A stretch of 32,000 nt of DNA from Halorhodospira halophila SL1. GTDB lineage: Bacteria; Pseudomonadota; Gammaproteobacteria; Nitrococcales; Halorhodospiraceae. The notes beneath the pieces are model-generated. The model searched no databases and had not been told where the DNA came from. It saw nothing but the letters and a program-made list of their open reading frames with translations. Below, piece after piece: positions 1 to 10,383 of this stretch. The translations under genes were made by a program, and so were the position numbers. Every line of letters starts with the position of its first letter. Position 1 is the first letter of the stretch. The stretch lies in the NCBI RefSeq assembly GCF_000015585.1, contig NC_008789.1, positions 2,460,001 through 2,492,000 on the forward strand, read 5' to 3'.

Positions 1-999
1 GCCGAGCTGGTGAAGATCGAGCCCAAGTCCATCGGCGTCGGTCAGTACCAGCACGACGTCAATCAGAGCCACCTCGGGCGAAAGCTCGATGCGGTCGTGG
101 AGGACTGCGTCAACGCCGTCGGCGTGGACGCCAACACCGCCTCGGCGCCGCTGCTCGCCCGCGTCTCCGGCCTCGGCCCGGGCCTGGCCGAGAAGATCGT
201 CCAGCACCGCTTCGACAACGGCCGCTTCCGCACGCGCAAGGATCTCCAGGGGGTCCCGCGACTCGGCCCCAAGGCCTTTGAACAGGCCGCCGGCTTCCTG
301 CGCATCCCCCAGGGCGACAACCCGCTGGACGCCTCCGCCGTCCACCCGGAGGCGTACCCGGTGGTCGAGCGGATCTGCGCCGAGACCGGCCGGAGCGTGG
401 CCGATCTGATCGGCGACGAGGGCTTCCTCGGCGGCCTCGACCCGAAGGCGTACACCGACGAGCGCTTCGGCGAGCCCACGGTGCGCGACATCCTCGGCGA
501 GCTCGCCAAACCGGGCCGGGACCCGCGCCCCGAGTTCCGTACCGCCGCCTTCCGCGAAGGGGTGGAGAAAATCCAGGATCTGGAACCGGGCATGGTCCTC
601 GAGGGCACGGTGACCAACGTCGCCAACTTCGGCGCCTTCGTCGATATCGGGGTCCACCAGGACGGGCTGGTGCACATCTCCGCCCTCGCCCACGAATTCG
701 TCCGCGACCCGCGCGACAAGGTCCGCACCGGGGACGTCGTCCAGGTCAAGGTCATGGAAGTCGACCTGGAGCGCCAGCGGATCGGCCTGTCCATGCGCCT
801 CGACGACGACCCCAACGCCCAGGCCGAGGGGGGCCGCAAGGGGGCCAATGGCAAGGGCGCCTCGGCCGCCCGGGGCAAGGGCGATGGCTCCGGCAACAAG
901 GCGACCGGGCGCGGATCGAAGAAGGGCAAGAAGCAGGAAAAGGCCGAACCCGCCACCGCCACAGCGCTGGCCGAGGCCTTCCGCAAGGCCCGCTCCTGA
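1..999 (+). CDS. tex: Tex-like transcription accessory protein, C-terminal part (5' end lies outside the window)
   Basis: Frame 1 is open from base 1 ([22 protein letters not shown]...), a string I recognise from Tex proteins. An S1-type block follows ([31 protein letters not shown]), then a Gly/Lys-rich tail. Stop is TGA at 997-999. Confidence 0.85.
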   Translation, partial: AELVKIEPKSIGVGQYQHDVNQSHLGRKLDAVVEDCVNAVGVDANTASAPLLARVSGLGPGLAEKIVQHRFDNGRFRTRKDLQGVPRLGPKAFEQAAGFLRIPQGDNPLDASAVHPEAYPVVERICAETGRSVADLIGDEGFLGGLDPKAYTDERFGEPTVRDILGELAKPGRDPRPEFRTAAFREGVEKIQDLEPGMVLEGTVTNVANFGAFVDIGVHQDGLVHISALAHEFVRDPRDKVRTGDVVQVKVMEVDLERQRIGLSMRLDDDPNAQAEGGRKGANGKGASAARGKGDGSGNKATGRGSKKGKKQEKAEPATATALAEAFRKARS

Positions 1000-1015
1000 A
1001 GACCACCCGGTGGTT

Positions 1016-1047
1016 CCGGGGCGCGGCGGCCGGTCGCCGCGCCCCGG
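1016..1047. terminator. Perfect 13-bp GC-rich hairpin between convergent tex and the UvrA-like gene (putative terminator, no U-tract)
   Basis: CCGGGGCGCGGCG (1016-1028), a 6-nt loop, then CGCCGCGCCCCGG (1035-1047), an exact reverse complement. It begins 17 nt after the tex stop. No T-run follows on either strand, so it is not a textbook intrinsic terminator. Confidence 0.45.
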
Positions 1048-1059
1048 GGCGGCACTCCG

Positions 1060-1091
1060 GACGCAGGGCGGCGCCTTAGCCGCCCTGCGTC
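1060..1091. terminator. Second perfect 13-bp hairpin; its loop contains the stop codon of the UvrA-like gene
   Basis: GACGCAGGGCGGC (1060-1072), loop GCCTTA, then GCCGCCCTGCGTC (1079-1091). The loop TTA at 1076-1078 is the TAA stop of the minus-strand ORF, so the right arm is coding sequence. Confidence 0.4.
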
Positions 1092-4000
1092 CCCCGCTCG
1101 GCAAGGAAGGCCTGCAGCGCCCGACCCGTGGGCGTATCCATGGCCGCCACCGCCTCCGGTGCCCCCGACCCGACGACGGACCCGCCGGCATCGCCACCCT
1201 CCGGGCCCAGGTCGATGACGTGATCCGCCTCGGCGATGACGTCCAGATTGTGCTCGATGACCACCACCGTATGCCCGGCGTCCACCAGGGCGTGGAAGAC
1301 GTCGGTCAGCCGCTGCACGTCGGCGATGTGCAGCCCCACGGTGGGCTCGTCGAGCAGGTAGAGCGTCGGCGCCGCCTGTCTGGCCCGACCCGGTCCGCCG
1401 TCCACCGGCCGCGCCTTGGCTAGTTCGGTCACCAGCTTGAGCCGCTGCGCCTCACCGCCCGAGAGGGTCGGACTGGGCTGCCCCAGGCTGAGGTAGCCGA
1501 GCCCCACGTCACAGAGCAGGCGCAGGACGTGATGGATGCGCGGATGGGCGCTGAAGAAGGCCTGGGCCTCTTCGATGCTCAGCGCCAACACCTGGTCGAT
1601 GCTGTGGCCGGCATAGCGAACCTGGCGCGTCTCCTCGTCGAAGCGGGTCCCGCCGCACACCTCACAGGGGACCTTCACGTCGGGCAGGAAGCTCATCTCC
1701 ACCGTCTTCACCCCCTGGCCGCTGCACGCCTCGCAGCGCCCGCCCTTGGTGTTAAAGGAGAAGCGCGCCGCATCCCAGCCGCGCAGACGCGCCTCTTCCG
1801 TACCGGCGAATAGCCGGCGGATGGGATCCCAGATGCCCACGTAGGTGGCCGGACAGGAGCGCGGCGTGCGACCGATGGGCGTCTGATCCACCTCCAGGAC
1901 CCGCCGCAGGTGCTCGGTACCGGCCACTGCCTGGCATCCCACCGGCTCGGGCACCGGCGCGCCACGCTTGCGGCCGAGCAGCGCCCGGACGCTGGGCTCG
2001 ATGACCTCGCGCACCAGGCTCGACTTGCCCGAGCCGGAGACCCCGGTGACGCCGATCAGGCGGCCGAGCGGCAGCGCCACATCGACCTGCTGCAGATTGT
2101 GGCGGTGGGCTCCGGTGACCGTCAGCTGCGCGGCCGGGGCCTCGCTGCGGCGGGCCCGCGTCGGGTGGCGCGGCGGGTGGGCCAGGACCCGACCGGTGAG
2201 GGAGTCCGCATTGCCGGTCACCGCCGCCAGATCGCCCTCGGCGACCACGCGCCCGCCGTGGCGGCCGGCCCCGGGACCGAGATCGACCAGGTGCTCGGCG
2301 GCGCGGATGGTCTCCTCGTCGTGCTCGACCACCACCACGGTGTTGCCGGCCTCGGCCAGTTCGCGCAGCGCCCCGAGGAGCATGGCGTTATCCCGGGCGT
2401 GGAGGCCGATGGTCGGCTCGTCGAGCACATAACAGACCCCCTGCAGGCCCGCACCGAGGCTCGCCGCCAGACGGATGCGCTGCGCCTCGCCGCCGGAGAG
2501 CGTGGGTGCGGCGCGATCCAGGGTCAGATAACCGAGCCCCACCCGCTCGAGGAAGGCCAGGCGCGCGCGGACCTCGGCGATGACGTCGCCCCCGATGGCG
2601 GCCTCGCGGTCGTCCAGGCTCAGCCCCTCCAGCCAGGGCCGCAGCTCGGCCACCGAGGTGGCCGTGACCTCGGTGATGCTCCGCCCGTGGAAGCGGACCG
2701 CCCGCGCCACCGGGTTGAGCCGCCCGCCCTGGCAGGCCGGACAGACCCGCGCCGCCTCGAGCTCCGCTGCCTCGGCCTCGTCCGGGTCGCGGACCAGCAG
2801 CCCGGTGCCGTGGCAGCCGCTGCACCAGCCGTGGCGGGAGTTGAACGAGAACAGCCGCGGGTCCGGCTCAGCGAACCCCTGTCCGCACCCCGGACAGGCG
2901 CGGCGGGTGGACCACACCCGCTCCGCCTCGACACCCCCGTCCTGCGGGGCGATGCGCACGGTCCCGTCGCCGTGGTCCAGGGCCTCCTCCAGCCGCTCGC
3001 GCAGGGCCGCCTCGGCGTCGGGCTGCACCTCGAGGCTACCCAGGGGCAGATCGATGTCATGCTCCCGGTAGCGGTCCAGCCGCGGCCACTGCGCGGTGGG
3101 CTGGAGCTCACCGTCCACGCGCAGCGCCTCGTACCCGCGACCAGCGGCCCAGGCCGCCAGCTCCTTGTAGATGCCCTTGCGGGCCACCACCAGGGGCGCG
3201 TAGAAGACGATCCGCTGACCCCGGTAGTCGCGCAGCAGCCGCGCGGCGATCCCCACCGGCGTCTGGGCCTCGATGGCCACTTGACACTCCGGGCAGTACT
3301 GCACCCCGAGGCGCAGGTAAAGCAGGCGCAGGTAGTGGTAGATTTCGGTGAGCGTCGCCACGGTGGAGCGGTACCCACCCCGGCTGGTGCGCTGCTCGAT
3401 GGCCACTGCCGGCGGGATACCGGTCACCGCCCCGACGTCGGGCCGCGAGGCCGGCTGCACCAGTTGCCGGGCGTAGGCGTTGAGCGATTCCAGGTAGCGG
3501 CGCTGGCCCTCGGCGAAGAGGATGTCGAAGGCCAGGGTCGACTTCCCCGAGCCGGAGACGCCGGTGACCACCGTCAGCCGATCCCGGGGGATGGTCACGT
3601 CGATGTTGCGCAGGTTGTGTTCGCGGGCCTGATGCACCTCGATCGCCGCCGGGGCGGGCGCGGTGTAAGGCGCCGCCGCCTCGGCAACGGCCGGGTGCTG
3701 CAGGGCCGCCGCGCCCGCACCCTCATCCGGCGCAACGGCCTGACTGGCCCAGTCGTCCGCCAGGGCGCGGCCGGTATCCGTAGCGTGGGCCGCCAGCTGC
3801 GCCGGCGTGCCGCTGGCCAGCAATCGGCCGCCCCCCTCACCGCCTTCCGGGCCGAGGTCGAGGATCCAGTCGGCGTTGGCGATCAGATCCAGGTTGTGCT
3901 CGATGACCAGCAGGCTATAGCCGGCGTCCACCAGGCGCTGGAAGGCATCGAGCAGCACCTGGCAGTCGCTGAAGTGGAGGCCGGTGGTGGGCTCATCGAA

Positions 4001-6766
4001 GATGAGTAACGTACCGGCGCCCGACTCCCCACCCTTGGCCTTGCCGCGCTCGGCCAGGTGCCCGGCCAGCTTGAGGCGCTGGGCCTCGCCGCCGGAGAGG
4101 GTGGGTACCGGCTGACCCAGGCGCAGGTAGCCGAGGCCCACGGCGCGCAACGGCTCCAGCCGACGGACCACCTCCCGGCTGTCCGCGAAGAACTCGACGG
4201 CCTCGTCAGCGGTCATCGCCAGGACCTCGTGGATGGAGGCGCGCCGCCCCTCGGGCCCCTCCACCTGCACCTCCAGCACCTCGGCGCGGAAGCGCCGGCC
4301 GTCGCAGTCGGGGCAGGCCAGGTAGACGTCGGAGAGGAACTGCATCTCCACATGCTCGAAGCCGGAGCCCTTGCACGTCGGGCAGCGGCCATTGCCGGCG
4401 TTGAAACTGAAGGCGCCGGCGGTGTAGCCCCGCTCCCGGGCCAGCGGCGCGGCGGCGAAGCGCTTGCGAATCGGATCCAGGGCGCCGGTATAACTGACCG
4501 GGCAGGAGCGGGCACTCTTGCCGATGGGCGACTGATCGACCAGGGCCACGGCGGTGATCGCCTCCGCGCCGTCGATGCCGTCGTGTTCGCCGGGGGCTTC
4601 AACGGCCTCGCCCTGTTGGCGCAGCAGTCCACGGTAGAGAATGTCTTCGGCCAGGGTCGACTTGCCGGAGCCGGAGACCCCGGTCAGACAGACCAGGCCG
4701 CCCAGCGGGATGGCCACGTCGATCCCCTGGAGGTTGTGGGCGCGGGCGCCGCGGATGGTCAGCGCGGGGCCGTCCGCAGCTGCAGCCTGGTGGGGGGCCG
4801 GCGAGGACGCGCTCCGCTTCTCCCCCGCGCCGTCGGGCCCGGCCGAGCGCGCGTCCCTGCGCGTACGGCCGGCGAGCCGCGCTTCGCTCAATTCCTCGCC
4901 AGCCCCCCACGCACCCGGGGCGCAACCATCCCGCCGGGAGACCCGCCGGCGGCCGGTCAGATAGTCTGCGGTGGCCGAATCCGCCGCATAGAGTTCCGCC
5001 GGGGCACCGTTGAAGACCACCCGGCCACCCCGCTCGCCCGGCCCCGGCCCCATGTCGATGATGCGGTCGGCGGCCGCCATCACCTGCGGATCGTGCTCGA
5101 CCACCAGCAGCGAGTTGCCGGCGTCGCGCAGGCGCTGGAGGATCCCCACCAGCCGGTCCACATCCCGTGGGTGCAGGCCGATGGACGGCTCATCAAGGAC
5201 GAAGAGGGTATTGACCAGCGAGGTCCCCAGCGCGGTGGTCAGGTTGATCCGCTGCACCTCGCCGCCGGAGAGGGTGCGCGACTGGCGGTCCAGGGTCAGG
5301 TAGCCGAGGCCCACCTCGTTGAGGTAGCCGACCCGGCTGCGGATCTCGTCCAGGACCGTGGCCGCCGCCTCGTCCAGCGGCGGCGGCAGCACCAACCCGT
5401 CGAAGAACTGCTGCAACCGCTCCAGGGGCAGGGTCGCCAAGTCGTGCAGGGTCAGCCCTGGCAGGGCCGCCAGCGCCGCGTCGTCCAGCTCCAGGTGGCG
5501 GGGCCGGAAGCGCTGCTCAGGGGCGAGGACGGCGTCGGCCTCCTGCCGCCCCCCGAGGCGGAAGTCGAGGGCCTCCGGCACCAGACGCGCACCCTGGCAG
5601 TCCGGGCACGTCCGATACGTGCGGTAGCGCGAGAGTTGCACGCGCACGTGCATCTTGTAACTCTTGCGCTCCAGGTAGTCGAAGTAACCGCGCACCCCGT
5701 ACCACCTGCCCGAACGGCCCCAGCGATCTTCGCCGTCCCAGACCCACTGGCGATCCGCCGCGTCCAGCTCCTGCCACGGCACGTCCACGGCCACCCCGCG
5801 ACGCCGCGCGGCGCGCAGCAGATCCTCCTGACACTCCACCGAGGCGCCGCCGCGGAACGGCTTGATCGCCCCGTCGGCCAGGCTGCGGGTCGGGTCCGGG
5901 ATGACCAGATCGGGGTCGATCTCCATGTTCCGACCGAAGCCGCGGCAGGTGTCGCACGCCCCGACCGGGGAGTTGAAGGAGAAGAGTTCCGCCGTCGGCC
6001 GCGGGTAATCGCGATCGCAGCCGGCGCAGTGGAAGGTCGCCGAGTAGCGGCGCGGCTCGCCGGCGGGCTCGCGGTCCTCGCCCAGGGCCCAGACCTGGCA
6101 ACGGCCGCGCCCCTTGTCGAGGGCGATCTCCACCGCCTCGATCAGCCGACCGCGGCGTTCGGCGTCGAGCCGCAGACGATCCTGGACCACCTCAACGCCG
6201 CCCGGGCGCTCGTAGATCCGAGTGTAGCCCTGGCTGGAGAGCATCTGGCGCAGCTCGTCCCGGTCGAGCCCGTCGGGCACCGCCACGAAGAAGGTCACCG
6301 CCACCCGGGTCCCGGGCGGCCAGGGGGCCGCGCCCTCGCCGGCGAGGAGCCCCTCGGCCACGGATTCCGGCGTATCCGGGCGCACCGGGCGACCGCAGCC
6401 GCTGCAGTAGGGCTGCGCGGCGCGGGCAAAGAGCAGCTTGAGGTGGTCGGAGAGCTCCGTCATGGTGCCCACGGTGGAGCGCGACGTGCGCACCGGATTG
6501 ACCTGGTCGATGGCGATGGCCGGGGGGACGCCGTCGATGCGTTCCACGTGCGGCCGGTCCATGCGCTCGAGGAACTGCCGGGCGTAGGCGGAGAAGGTCT
6601 CCACGTAACGGCGCTGCCCCTCGGCGTAGACCGTGTCGAAGGCCAGGGAGGATTTCCCGGAGCCGGAGACACCGGTGACGACGATCAGCTCGCCGGCTGG
6701 CAGGTCGAGATCGAGCCCCTGCAGGTTGTGCTGGCGGGCGCCGCGGATACGGATCGGTTCGCGCAC
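1076..6766 (-). CDS. Tandem-duplicated UvrA-like ABC ATPase (two UvrA-like units, four nucleotide-binding modules, 1896 aa)
   Basis: One uninterrupted frame with a GTG start at 6766-6764. There are four GVSGSGKS Walker A motifs (coding near 6645-6680, 4655-4685, 3540-3570 and 2020-2050) and four LSGGE signature motifs. It has UvrA-type N-termini (IRGARQHNL / VHQAREHNL), CxxC zinc-module pairs, and C-terminal Zn fingers (CPTCKGSG...CPDCDG and CEACSGQG...CEVCGG). Unit 2 begins at [11 protein letters not shown], about nt 3643. Confidence 0.9.
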   Translation of the reverse strand: MREPIRIRGARQHNLQGLDLDLPAGELIVVTGVSGSGKSSLAFDTVYAEGQRRYVETFSAYARQFLERMDRPHVERIDGVPPAIAIDQVNPVRTSRSTVGTMTELSDHLKLLFARAAQPYCSGCGRPVRPDTPESVAEGLLAGEGAAPWPPGTRVAVTFFVAVPDGLDRDELRQMLSSQGYTRIYERPGGVEVVQDRLRLDAERRGRLIEAVEIALDKGRGRCQVWALGEDREPAGEPRRYSATFHCAGCDRDYPRPTAELFSFNSPVGACDTCRGFGRNMEIDPDLVIPDPTRSLADGAIKPFRGGASVECQEDLLRAARRRGVAVDVPWQELDAADRQWVWDGEDRWGRSGRWYGVRGYFDYLERKSYKMHVRVQLSRYRTYRTCPDCQGARLVPEALDFRLGGRQEADAVLAPEQRFRPRHLELDDAALAALPGLTLHDLATLPLERLQQFFDGLVLPPPLDEAAATVLDEIRSRVGYLNEVGLGYLTLDRQSRTLSGGEVQRINLTTALGTSLVNTLFVLDEPSIGLHPRDVDRLVGILQRLRDAGNSLLVVEHDPQVMAAADRIIDMGPGPGERGGRVVFNGAPAELYAADSATADYLTGRRRVSRRDGCAPGAWGAGEELSEARLAGRTRRDARSAGPDGAGEKRSASSPAPHQAAAADGPALTIRGARAHNLQGIDVAIPLGGLVCLTGVSGSGKSTLAEDILYRGLLRQQGEAVEAPGEHDGIDGAEAITAVALVDQSPIGKSARSCPVSYTGALDPIRKRFAAAPLARERGYTAGAFSFNAGNGRCPTCKGSGFEHVEMQFLSDVYLACPDCDGRRFRAEVLEVQVEGPEGRRASIHEVLAMTADEAVEFFADSREVVRRLEPLRAVGLGYLRLGQPVPTLSGGEAQRLKLAGHLAERGKAKGGESGAGTLLIFDEPTTGLHFSDCQVLLDAFQRLVDAGYSLLVIEHNLDLIANADWILDLGPEGGEGGGRLLASGTPAQLAAHATDTGRALADDWASQAVAPDEGAGAAALQHPAVAEAAAPYTAPAPAAIEVHQAREHNLRNIDVTIPRDRLTVVTGVSGSGKSTLAFDILFAEGQRRYLESLNAYARQLVQPASRPDVGAVTGIPPAVAIEQRTSRGGYRSTVATLTEIYHYLRLLYLRLGVQYCPECQVAIEAQTPVGIAARLLRDYRGQRIVFYAPLVVARKGIYKELAAWAAGRGYEALRVDGELQPTAQWPRLDRYREHDIDLPLGSLEVQPDAEAALRERLEEALDHGDGTVRIAPQDGGVEAERVWSTRRACPGCGQGFAEPDPRLFSFNSRHGWCSGCHGTGLLVRDPDEAEAAELEAARVCPACQGGRLNPVARAVRFHGRSITEVTATSVAELRPWLEGLSLDDREAAIGGDVIAEVRARLAFLERVGLGYLTLDRAAPTLSGGEAQRIRLAASLGAGLQGVCYVLDEPTIGLHARDNAMLLGALRELAEAGNTVVVVEHDEETIRAAEHLVDLGPGAGRHGGRVVAEGDLAAVTGNADSLTGRVLAHPPRHPTRARRSEAPAAQLTVTGAHRHNLQQVDVALPLGRLIGVTGVSGSGKSSLVREVIEPSVRALLGRKRGAPVPEPVGCQAVAGTEHLRRVLEVDQTPIGRTPRSCPATYVGIWDPIRRLFAGTEEARLRGWDAARFSFNTKGGRCEACSGQGVKTVEMSFLPDVKVPCEVCGGTRFDEETRQVRYAGHSIDQVLALSIEEAQAFFSAHPRIHHVLRLLCDVGLGYLSLGQPSPTLSGGEAQRLKLVTELAKARPVDGGPGRARQAAPTLYLLDEPTVGLHIADVQRLTDVFHALVDAGHTVVVIEHNLDVIAEADHVIDLGPEGGDAGGSVVGSGAPEAVAAMDTPTGRALQAFLAERGTQGG

Positions 6767-6788
6767 GGTCAGGCTTCCAGAGACAAGA

Positions 6789-6820
6789 CGGCGCCGACAG
6801 CCCGGGGGCTGCCGACGCCG
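6789..6820 (-). terminator. Imperfect GC-rich hairpin followed by a U-rich stretch downstream of glcB (putative intrinsic terminator)
   Basis: CGGCGCCGACAGCCC..GGGCTGCCGACGCCG has 15-nt arms with 2 mismatches. On the minus strand it is followed by TCTTGTCTCTGG. It lies 35 nt after the glcB stop and only about 20 nt before the GTG start of the UvrA-like gene. Confidence 0.35.
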
Positions 6821-6854
6821 GTACGGTTCACGGGATGTCGTTCAGGCGGCGGAA

Positions 6855-9038
6855 TCAGGCGTACTTCGCCTTCGCCTCCTGCCGACGGCGATGGAGCACC
6901 GGCTCGGTGTAACCGGAGGGCTGCTCCCGCCCCTTGAAGACCAGATCACAGGCCGCCTGGAAGGCGACGCTGCCGTCGAAGTCTTCGGCCATGGGGCGGT
7001 AGTTCGGGTCGCCGGCGTTCTGCTCGTCGACCACCTGGGCCATGCGCTTGAGGCTGTCCATGACCTGCTCCTCGGTCACCACGCCGTGGTAGAGCCAGTT
7101 GGCCACGTGCTGGCTGGAGATGCGCAGCGTGGCGCGATCCTCCATCAGCCCCACGTTATTGACGTCCGGGACCTTGGAGCAGCCAATGCCCTGGTCGATC
7201 CAGCGCACCACATAGCCGAGGATGCCCTGGCAGTTGTTGTCCACCTCCTGCTGGATCTCCTCGGCGCTCCAGTCGGTGCTCGGCGCCAGCGGCACGGTGA
7301 GGATCCGGCTCAGGTCGGAACGCCACCCCTCCCGGGCGATCTCGGCCTGGACGCCAGCCACGTCCACCTGGTGGTAGTGCACAGCGTGCAGGGTCGCCGC
7401 CGTCGGCGACGGCACCCAGGCACAGTTCGCGCCTGCCTTGGGGTGGCCAGCCTTGGTGTCGAACATCTCGCGCATCTTGTCCGGCTTCGGCCACATGCCC
7501 TTGCCGATCTGGGCCTTGCCCTTGAAGCCGGAAGCCAGGCCGACATCGACGTTCCAGTCCTCGTAGGTGGTCATGAAGGCGGCCCCCTTCATGTCCGCCT
7601 TGCGGATCACCGCGCCGGCCTCCATGGCGGTGTGGATCTCGTCGCCAGTGCGGTCGAGGAAGCCGGTGTTGATGAAGATCACCCGATCCCGGGCCTGCTG
7701 GATGCAGGCACGCAGGTTGACCGTAGTGCGCCGCTCCTCATCCATGATGCCCACCTTGAGGGTGGCACGCGCCAGACCCAGGGCGTCCTCGACGCGCTCG
7801 AACAGGTTCACGGTCAGCGCCACCTCCTCGGGACCGTGCATCTTCGGCTTGACGATGTAGACGCTGCCGGTCTTCGAGTTGCATACCTGTCCGAGCCCCT
7901 TGAGGTCGTGGACCGCGCAGAGGACGGTCATCATGGCGTCGAGCATGCCCTCGGGGATCTCGTTGCCGTCGCCGTCGAGGACCGCCGGTGTGGTCATCAG
8001 GTGACCGACATTGCGCACCAGCATGAGCGAGCGGCCCGGCAGGGTCAGCGAGCCGCCGTCCGGGGCCGTGTAGGTGCGATCCGGGTTGAGCCGCCGCGTA
8101 AAGGTCTCGCCGCCCTTGCTCACCGACGTCTCTAGGTCGCCTTTCATCAGGCCCAACCAGTTGCGGTAGACGCGCACCTTGTCCTCGGCGTCCACCGCGG
8201 CCACGGAGTCCTCGCAGTCCTGGATGGCGGTCAGCGCCGACTCCATGACCACGTCCTTGACGCCGGCCGGGTGATCCTGACCGATCGGGTCGTTCGGGTC
8301 GATGACGATCTCGGCGTGGAGGCCGTTGTGGCGCAGCAGGAGGGTGGCGGGGCGATCCGGCTCGCCGGTGAAGCCGACGAAGCGGGTCGGATCGGCCAGT
8401 TCGGTCTCACTGCCGTCGGCCAGGGTGATGACCAGCTGGCGCGGGTTGCCGTCGCTCAGCCGGTAGGCGGTAACCTCGGCGTGGAGCCCATGGGCCAGCG
8501 GGGCCACCTCGTCCAGGGTCTCGGCGGCCAACTCCATGACCTTTTTACCGCGAGCGGGATTGTACGTCTTGCCCTTGGCTAGCCCGTCGCTCTCGGGGAT
8601 CATGTCGGTGCCGTAGAGGGCATCGAACAGGCTGCCCCAGCGCGCGTTGGCCGCGTTGAGCGCGAATCGCGCGTTATCGACCGGCACCACCAGCTGCGGC
8701 CCGGCCACGGTGGCGATCTCCGGGTCGACCCCGGTGGTGGTGATCTCGAACGCGTCCACTTCGGGTTCCAGGTAGCCGATCTGCTCAAGGAACGCCTTGT
8801 GATCGGATACCGAGAACTGGCCACGATGGTTCCGATGCCAGTCGTCGATCTGCCGCTGCAAGTTCTCGCGCTGTTCCAGCAACTCGCGGTTGCGCGGAGC
8901 CAGATCGCGGACGATGCCGCCGAGCTCGTCCCACACGGTGTCGGCGTCGATGCCGGTCCCCGGCACGATCTCGTTGGCCACCAGGTCGTGGAGTTCACGC
9001 GCCACCTGCAGGCCACCGACTTGAACCCGTTCGCTCAT
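6855..9038 (-). CDS. glcB: Malate synthase G
   Basis: 727 aa, the length and N-terminus typical of malate synthase G ([31 protein letters not shown]...). SD AGGGAGA lies upstream of the ATG at 9038. Confidence 0.93.
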   Translation of the reverse strand: MSERVQVGGLQVARELHDLVANEIVPGTGIDADTVWDELGGIVRDLAPRNRELLEQRENLQRQIDDWHRNHRGQFSVSDHKAFLEQIGYLEPEVDAFEITTTGVDPEIATVAGPQLVVPVDNARFALNAANARWGSLFDALYGTDMIPESDGLAKGKTYNPARGKKVMELAAETLDEVAPLAHGLHAEVTAYRLSDGNPRQLVITLADGSETELADPTRFVGFTGEPDRPATLLLRHNGLHAEIVIDPNDPIGQDHPAGVKDVVMESALTAIQDCEDSVAAVDAEDKVRVYRNWLGLMKGDLETSVSKGGETFTRRLNPDRTYTAPDGGSLTLPGRSLMLVRNVGHLMTTPAVLDGDGNEIPEGMLDAMMTVLCAVHDLKGLGQVCNSKTGSVYIVKPKMHGPEEVALTVNLFERVEDALGLARATLKVGIMDEERRTTVNLRACIQQARDRVIFINTGFLDRTGDEIHTAMEAGAVIRKADMKGAAFMTTYEDWNVDVGLASGFKGKAQIGKGMWPKPDKMREMFDTKAGHPKAGANCAWVPSPTAATLHAVHYHQVDVAGVQAEIAREGWRSDLSRILTVPLAPSTDWSAEEIQQEVDNNCQGILGYVVRWIDQGIGCSKVPDVNNVGLMEDRATLRISSQHVANWLYHGVVTEEQVMDSLKRMAQVVDEQNAGDPNYRPMAEDFDGSVAFQAACDLVFKGREQPSGYTEPVLHRRRQEAKAKYA

Positions 9039-9130
9039 GGAAGTCTCCCTATTCAGCTTCGCGATCCGCGGATAAGCCGCGATAGTAACGCATCCAAGTC
9101 AGCCTGATCATCCGCCGTACGCCGCCCCGC

Positions 9131-9874
9131 TCAGCGTTCCAGCTGCGCCTCGAGCTCCTCGTAGAAGTCGCTGACCAGGCGTGCGTTATCACCGACATCC
9201 GCCTCGCCGCCGCGCGTGGCCGCGCGCGCATCGACCCGACGATGATCCCCGTCATCCTCGACCCGGATGACGATGTCGTGGACGATGCCCAGCCAGTAGC
9301 TGCGCGCTGTGGCCTCCAGCTCGCCCTGCATGTCGGTGCGCGCCACCGTCCACTCCAGGCCCAGCGCGGCGCTCTCGGCGGCACTAAGGATCTCGGAGAC
9401 GTCGTGGGGGTAGTCCCGACCGGTGAGCTCGGGGTGCGCTTCGGCCTGGCGCTCGGCCACCGCCCCGCCGGGATAGTCCACGGCGCTGCCGGCGCGTTCA
9501 CGGGCCGGTGCCAGGGCACGGAATGACGGCGGGTCGTCTTCGGTGGTGACGAGGTCGTGGAGGTTCGGCCCGAGGACGGCGCCATAGACCTTCGGCCCGG
9601 CGACCACCACCACTCCCAGCCCCAGAGCCAGTCCAGCCAGGGCCCGACCCCGCCCCCGCTTGCCGTGCAGACCGAAGGTGGCGACCAGCCCGACCCCACC
9701 GGGGATGAGGGCGAGGGCCCCGGCGACGAAACCGGCGGCGATCATCATCAGGGCCGAATCGAGTTCGACGGTATGGATACGGTACAACGGGCCGGCCAGC
9801 GCGGCCGCCGCAGCCCCGCAGGCTGCAAGCAGGACGGACGCTGTCGCCAACCGGGATACGGGCGCCTGAAACAT
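9131..9874 (-). CDS. Membrane protein with a C-terminal DUF1499-like domain
   Basis: I prefer the ATG at 9874 (MFQAPVSRL...) because a strong SD precedes it (AGGAGGGGTC-ATG); the ORF-track start at 9901 has none. The N-terminal half has several hydrophobic helices. The C-terminal block (WLGIVHDIVIRVEDDGDHRRVDARAATRGGEADVGDNARLV) resembles the DUF1499 pattern as I remember it. Confidence 0.65.
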   Translation of the reverse strand: MFQAPVSRLATASVLLAACGAAAAALAGPLYRIHTVELDSALMMIAAGFVAGALALIPGGVGLVATFGLHGKRGRGRALAGLALGLGVVVVAGPKVYGAVLGPNLHDLVTTEDDPPSFRALAPARERAGSAVDYPGGAVAERQAEAHPELTGRDYPHDVSEILSAAESAALGLEWTVARTDMQGELEATARSYWLGIVHDIVIRVEDDGDHRRVDARAATRGGEADVGDNARLVSDFYEELEAQLER

Positions 9875-9948
9875 GACCCCTCCTGCCGGATTTCCGGCCA
9901 ATTATGCGGCCGGAGACGGCCGAGGCAAAACGTTCCAGGCGACGAGGG

Positions 9949-9978
9949 CGGGGCAGCGCCCAAGCGGACGCCGCCCCG
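9949..9978 (-). terminator. GC-rich hairpin downstream of the MgtE_N-domain gene (weak terminator candidate)
   Basis: CGGGGCAGCG (9949-9958) pairs with CGCCGCCCCG (9969-9978): a 10-bp stem with one mismatch and a 10-nt loop. No U-tract follows. Confidence 0.25.
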
Positions 9979-10008
9979 ACCGGGGACGCGGGAGTGCTTC
10001 GGGGTTGG

Positions 10009-10383
10009 TTACTGCAGACGCCCGGAGAGCACCGTCTCAACCCGACTGCGCTTGAGCGGGCGGAGGTTGCGCACGACCTCGTCGCGGCACTCCGGATCCA
10101 TGCGCTCCAGCACGCGGGCCAGCGTGTTGAACGGCAGGCGGTTGGCCAGCCGAGCGGCCGGCCCGCGCTCCATGTGCTCGAGCACGCTGGCCTGCGCCTC
10201 GGGGCGCATCTCCAGAAAGGCCGCCAGGCCCTCGCCGTCCGGCATGGCGCTCAACGCCGCCGGCCGCTCGGCCGGAGCCATCTGCACGATCCGCCGCGCG
10301 GCGGCTGCAGGGAGGCGATCTGCGTACTCGGCACGGGCCGTTACGCCGAGGCCATGCTCGTGATGCTCGGTGGTGATGCTCAT
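10009..10383 (-). CDS. Small stand-alone protein resembling the MgtE N-terminal (MgtE_N) helical-repeat domain
   Basis: 124 aa with repeated helical units (...AAFLEMRPEAQASVLEHMERGPAARLANRLPFNTLARVLERMDPECRDEVVRNL...) like the MgtE_N/FliG-type repeat. There are no CBS or membrane domains. SD AGGAGG lies 7 nt upstream of the ATG at 10383. Confidence 0.55.
   Translation of the reverse strand: MSITTEHHEHGLGVTARAEYADRLPAAAARRIVQMAPAERPAALSAMPDGEGLAAFLEMRPEAQASVLEHMERGPAARLANRLPFNTLARVLERMDPECRDEVVRNLRPLKRSRVETVLSGRLQ

Noticed and set aside
1076-6766. Possibility that the giant ORF is two adjacent uvrA-like genes merged by a sequencing error or by the ORF caller.
   Set aside because: There is no stop codon anywhere in the frame, and the inter-unit linker keeps coding-like composition. 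From the sequence alone it is one gene. Read-level verification is still suggested in the findings.
1910-6937. Very long plus-strand ORFs (1910-4009 at 699 aa, 4058-6937 at 959 aa) opposite the UvrA-like gene. Similar cases are 6633-8135, 10648-11997, 13105-15750, 19589-21409, 20673-21725, 22295-24169, 28232-29467 and 30592-31818.
   Set aside because: They are mirror frames of genes with unmistakable family motifs. Their translations are Arg/Pro/Gly/Ala-rich, low in complexity and without recognisable motifs. This is the usual stop-codon-poor antisense artefact of very GC-rich DNA.
9064-9073. Palindrome ATCCGCGGAT and flanking CGCGAT direct repeats upstream of glcB as a regulator site; also attempts to find a sigma70 promoter in 9039-9130.
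   Set aside because: The palindrome is short and GC-rich, so it is plausible by chance. No hexamer pair with acceptable spacing was found. glcB may instead be transcribed from upstream.
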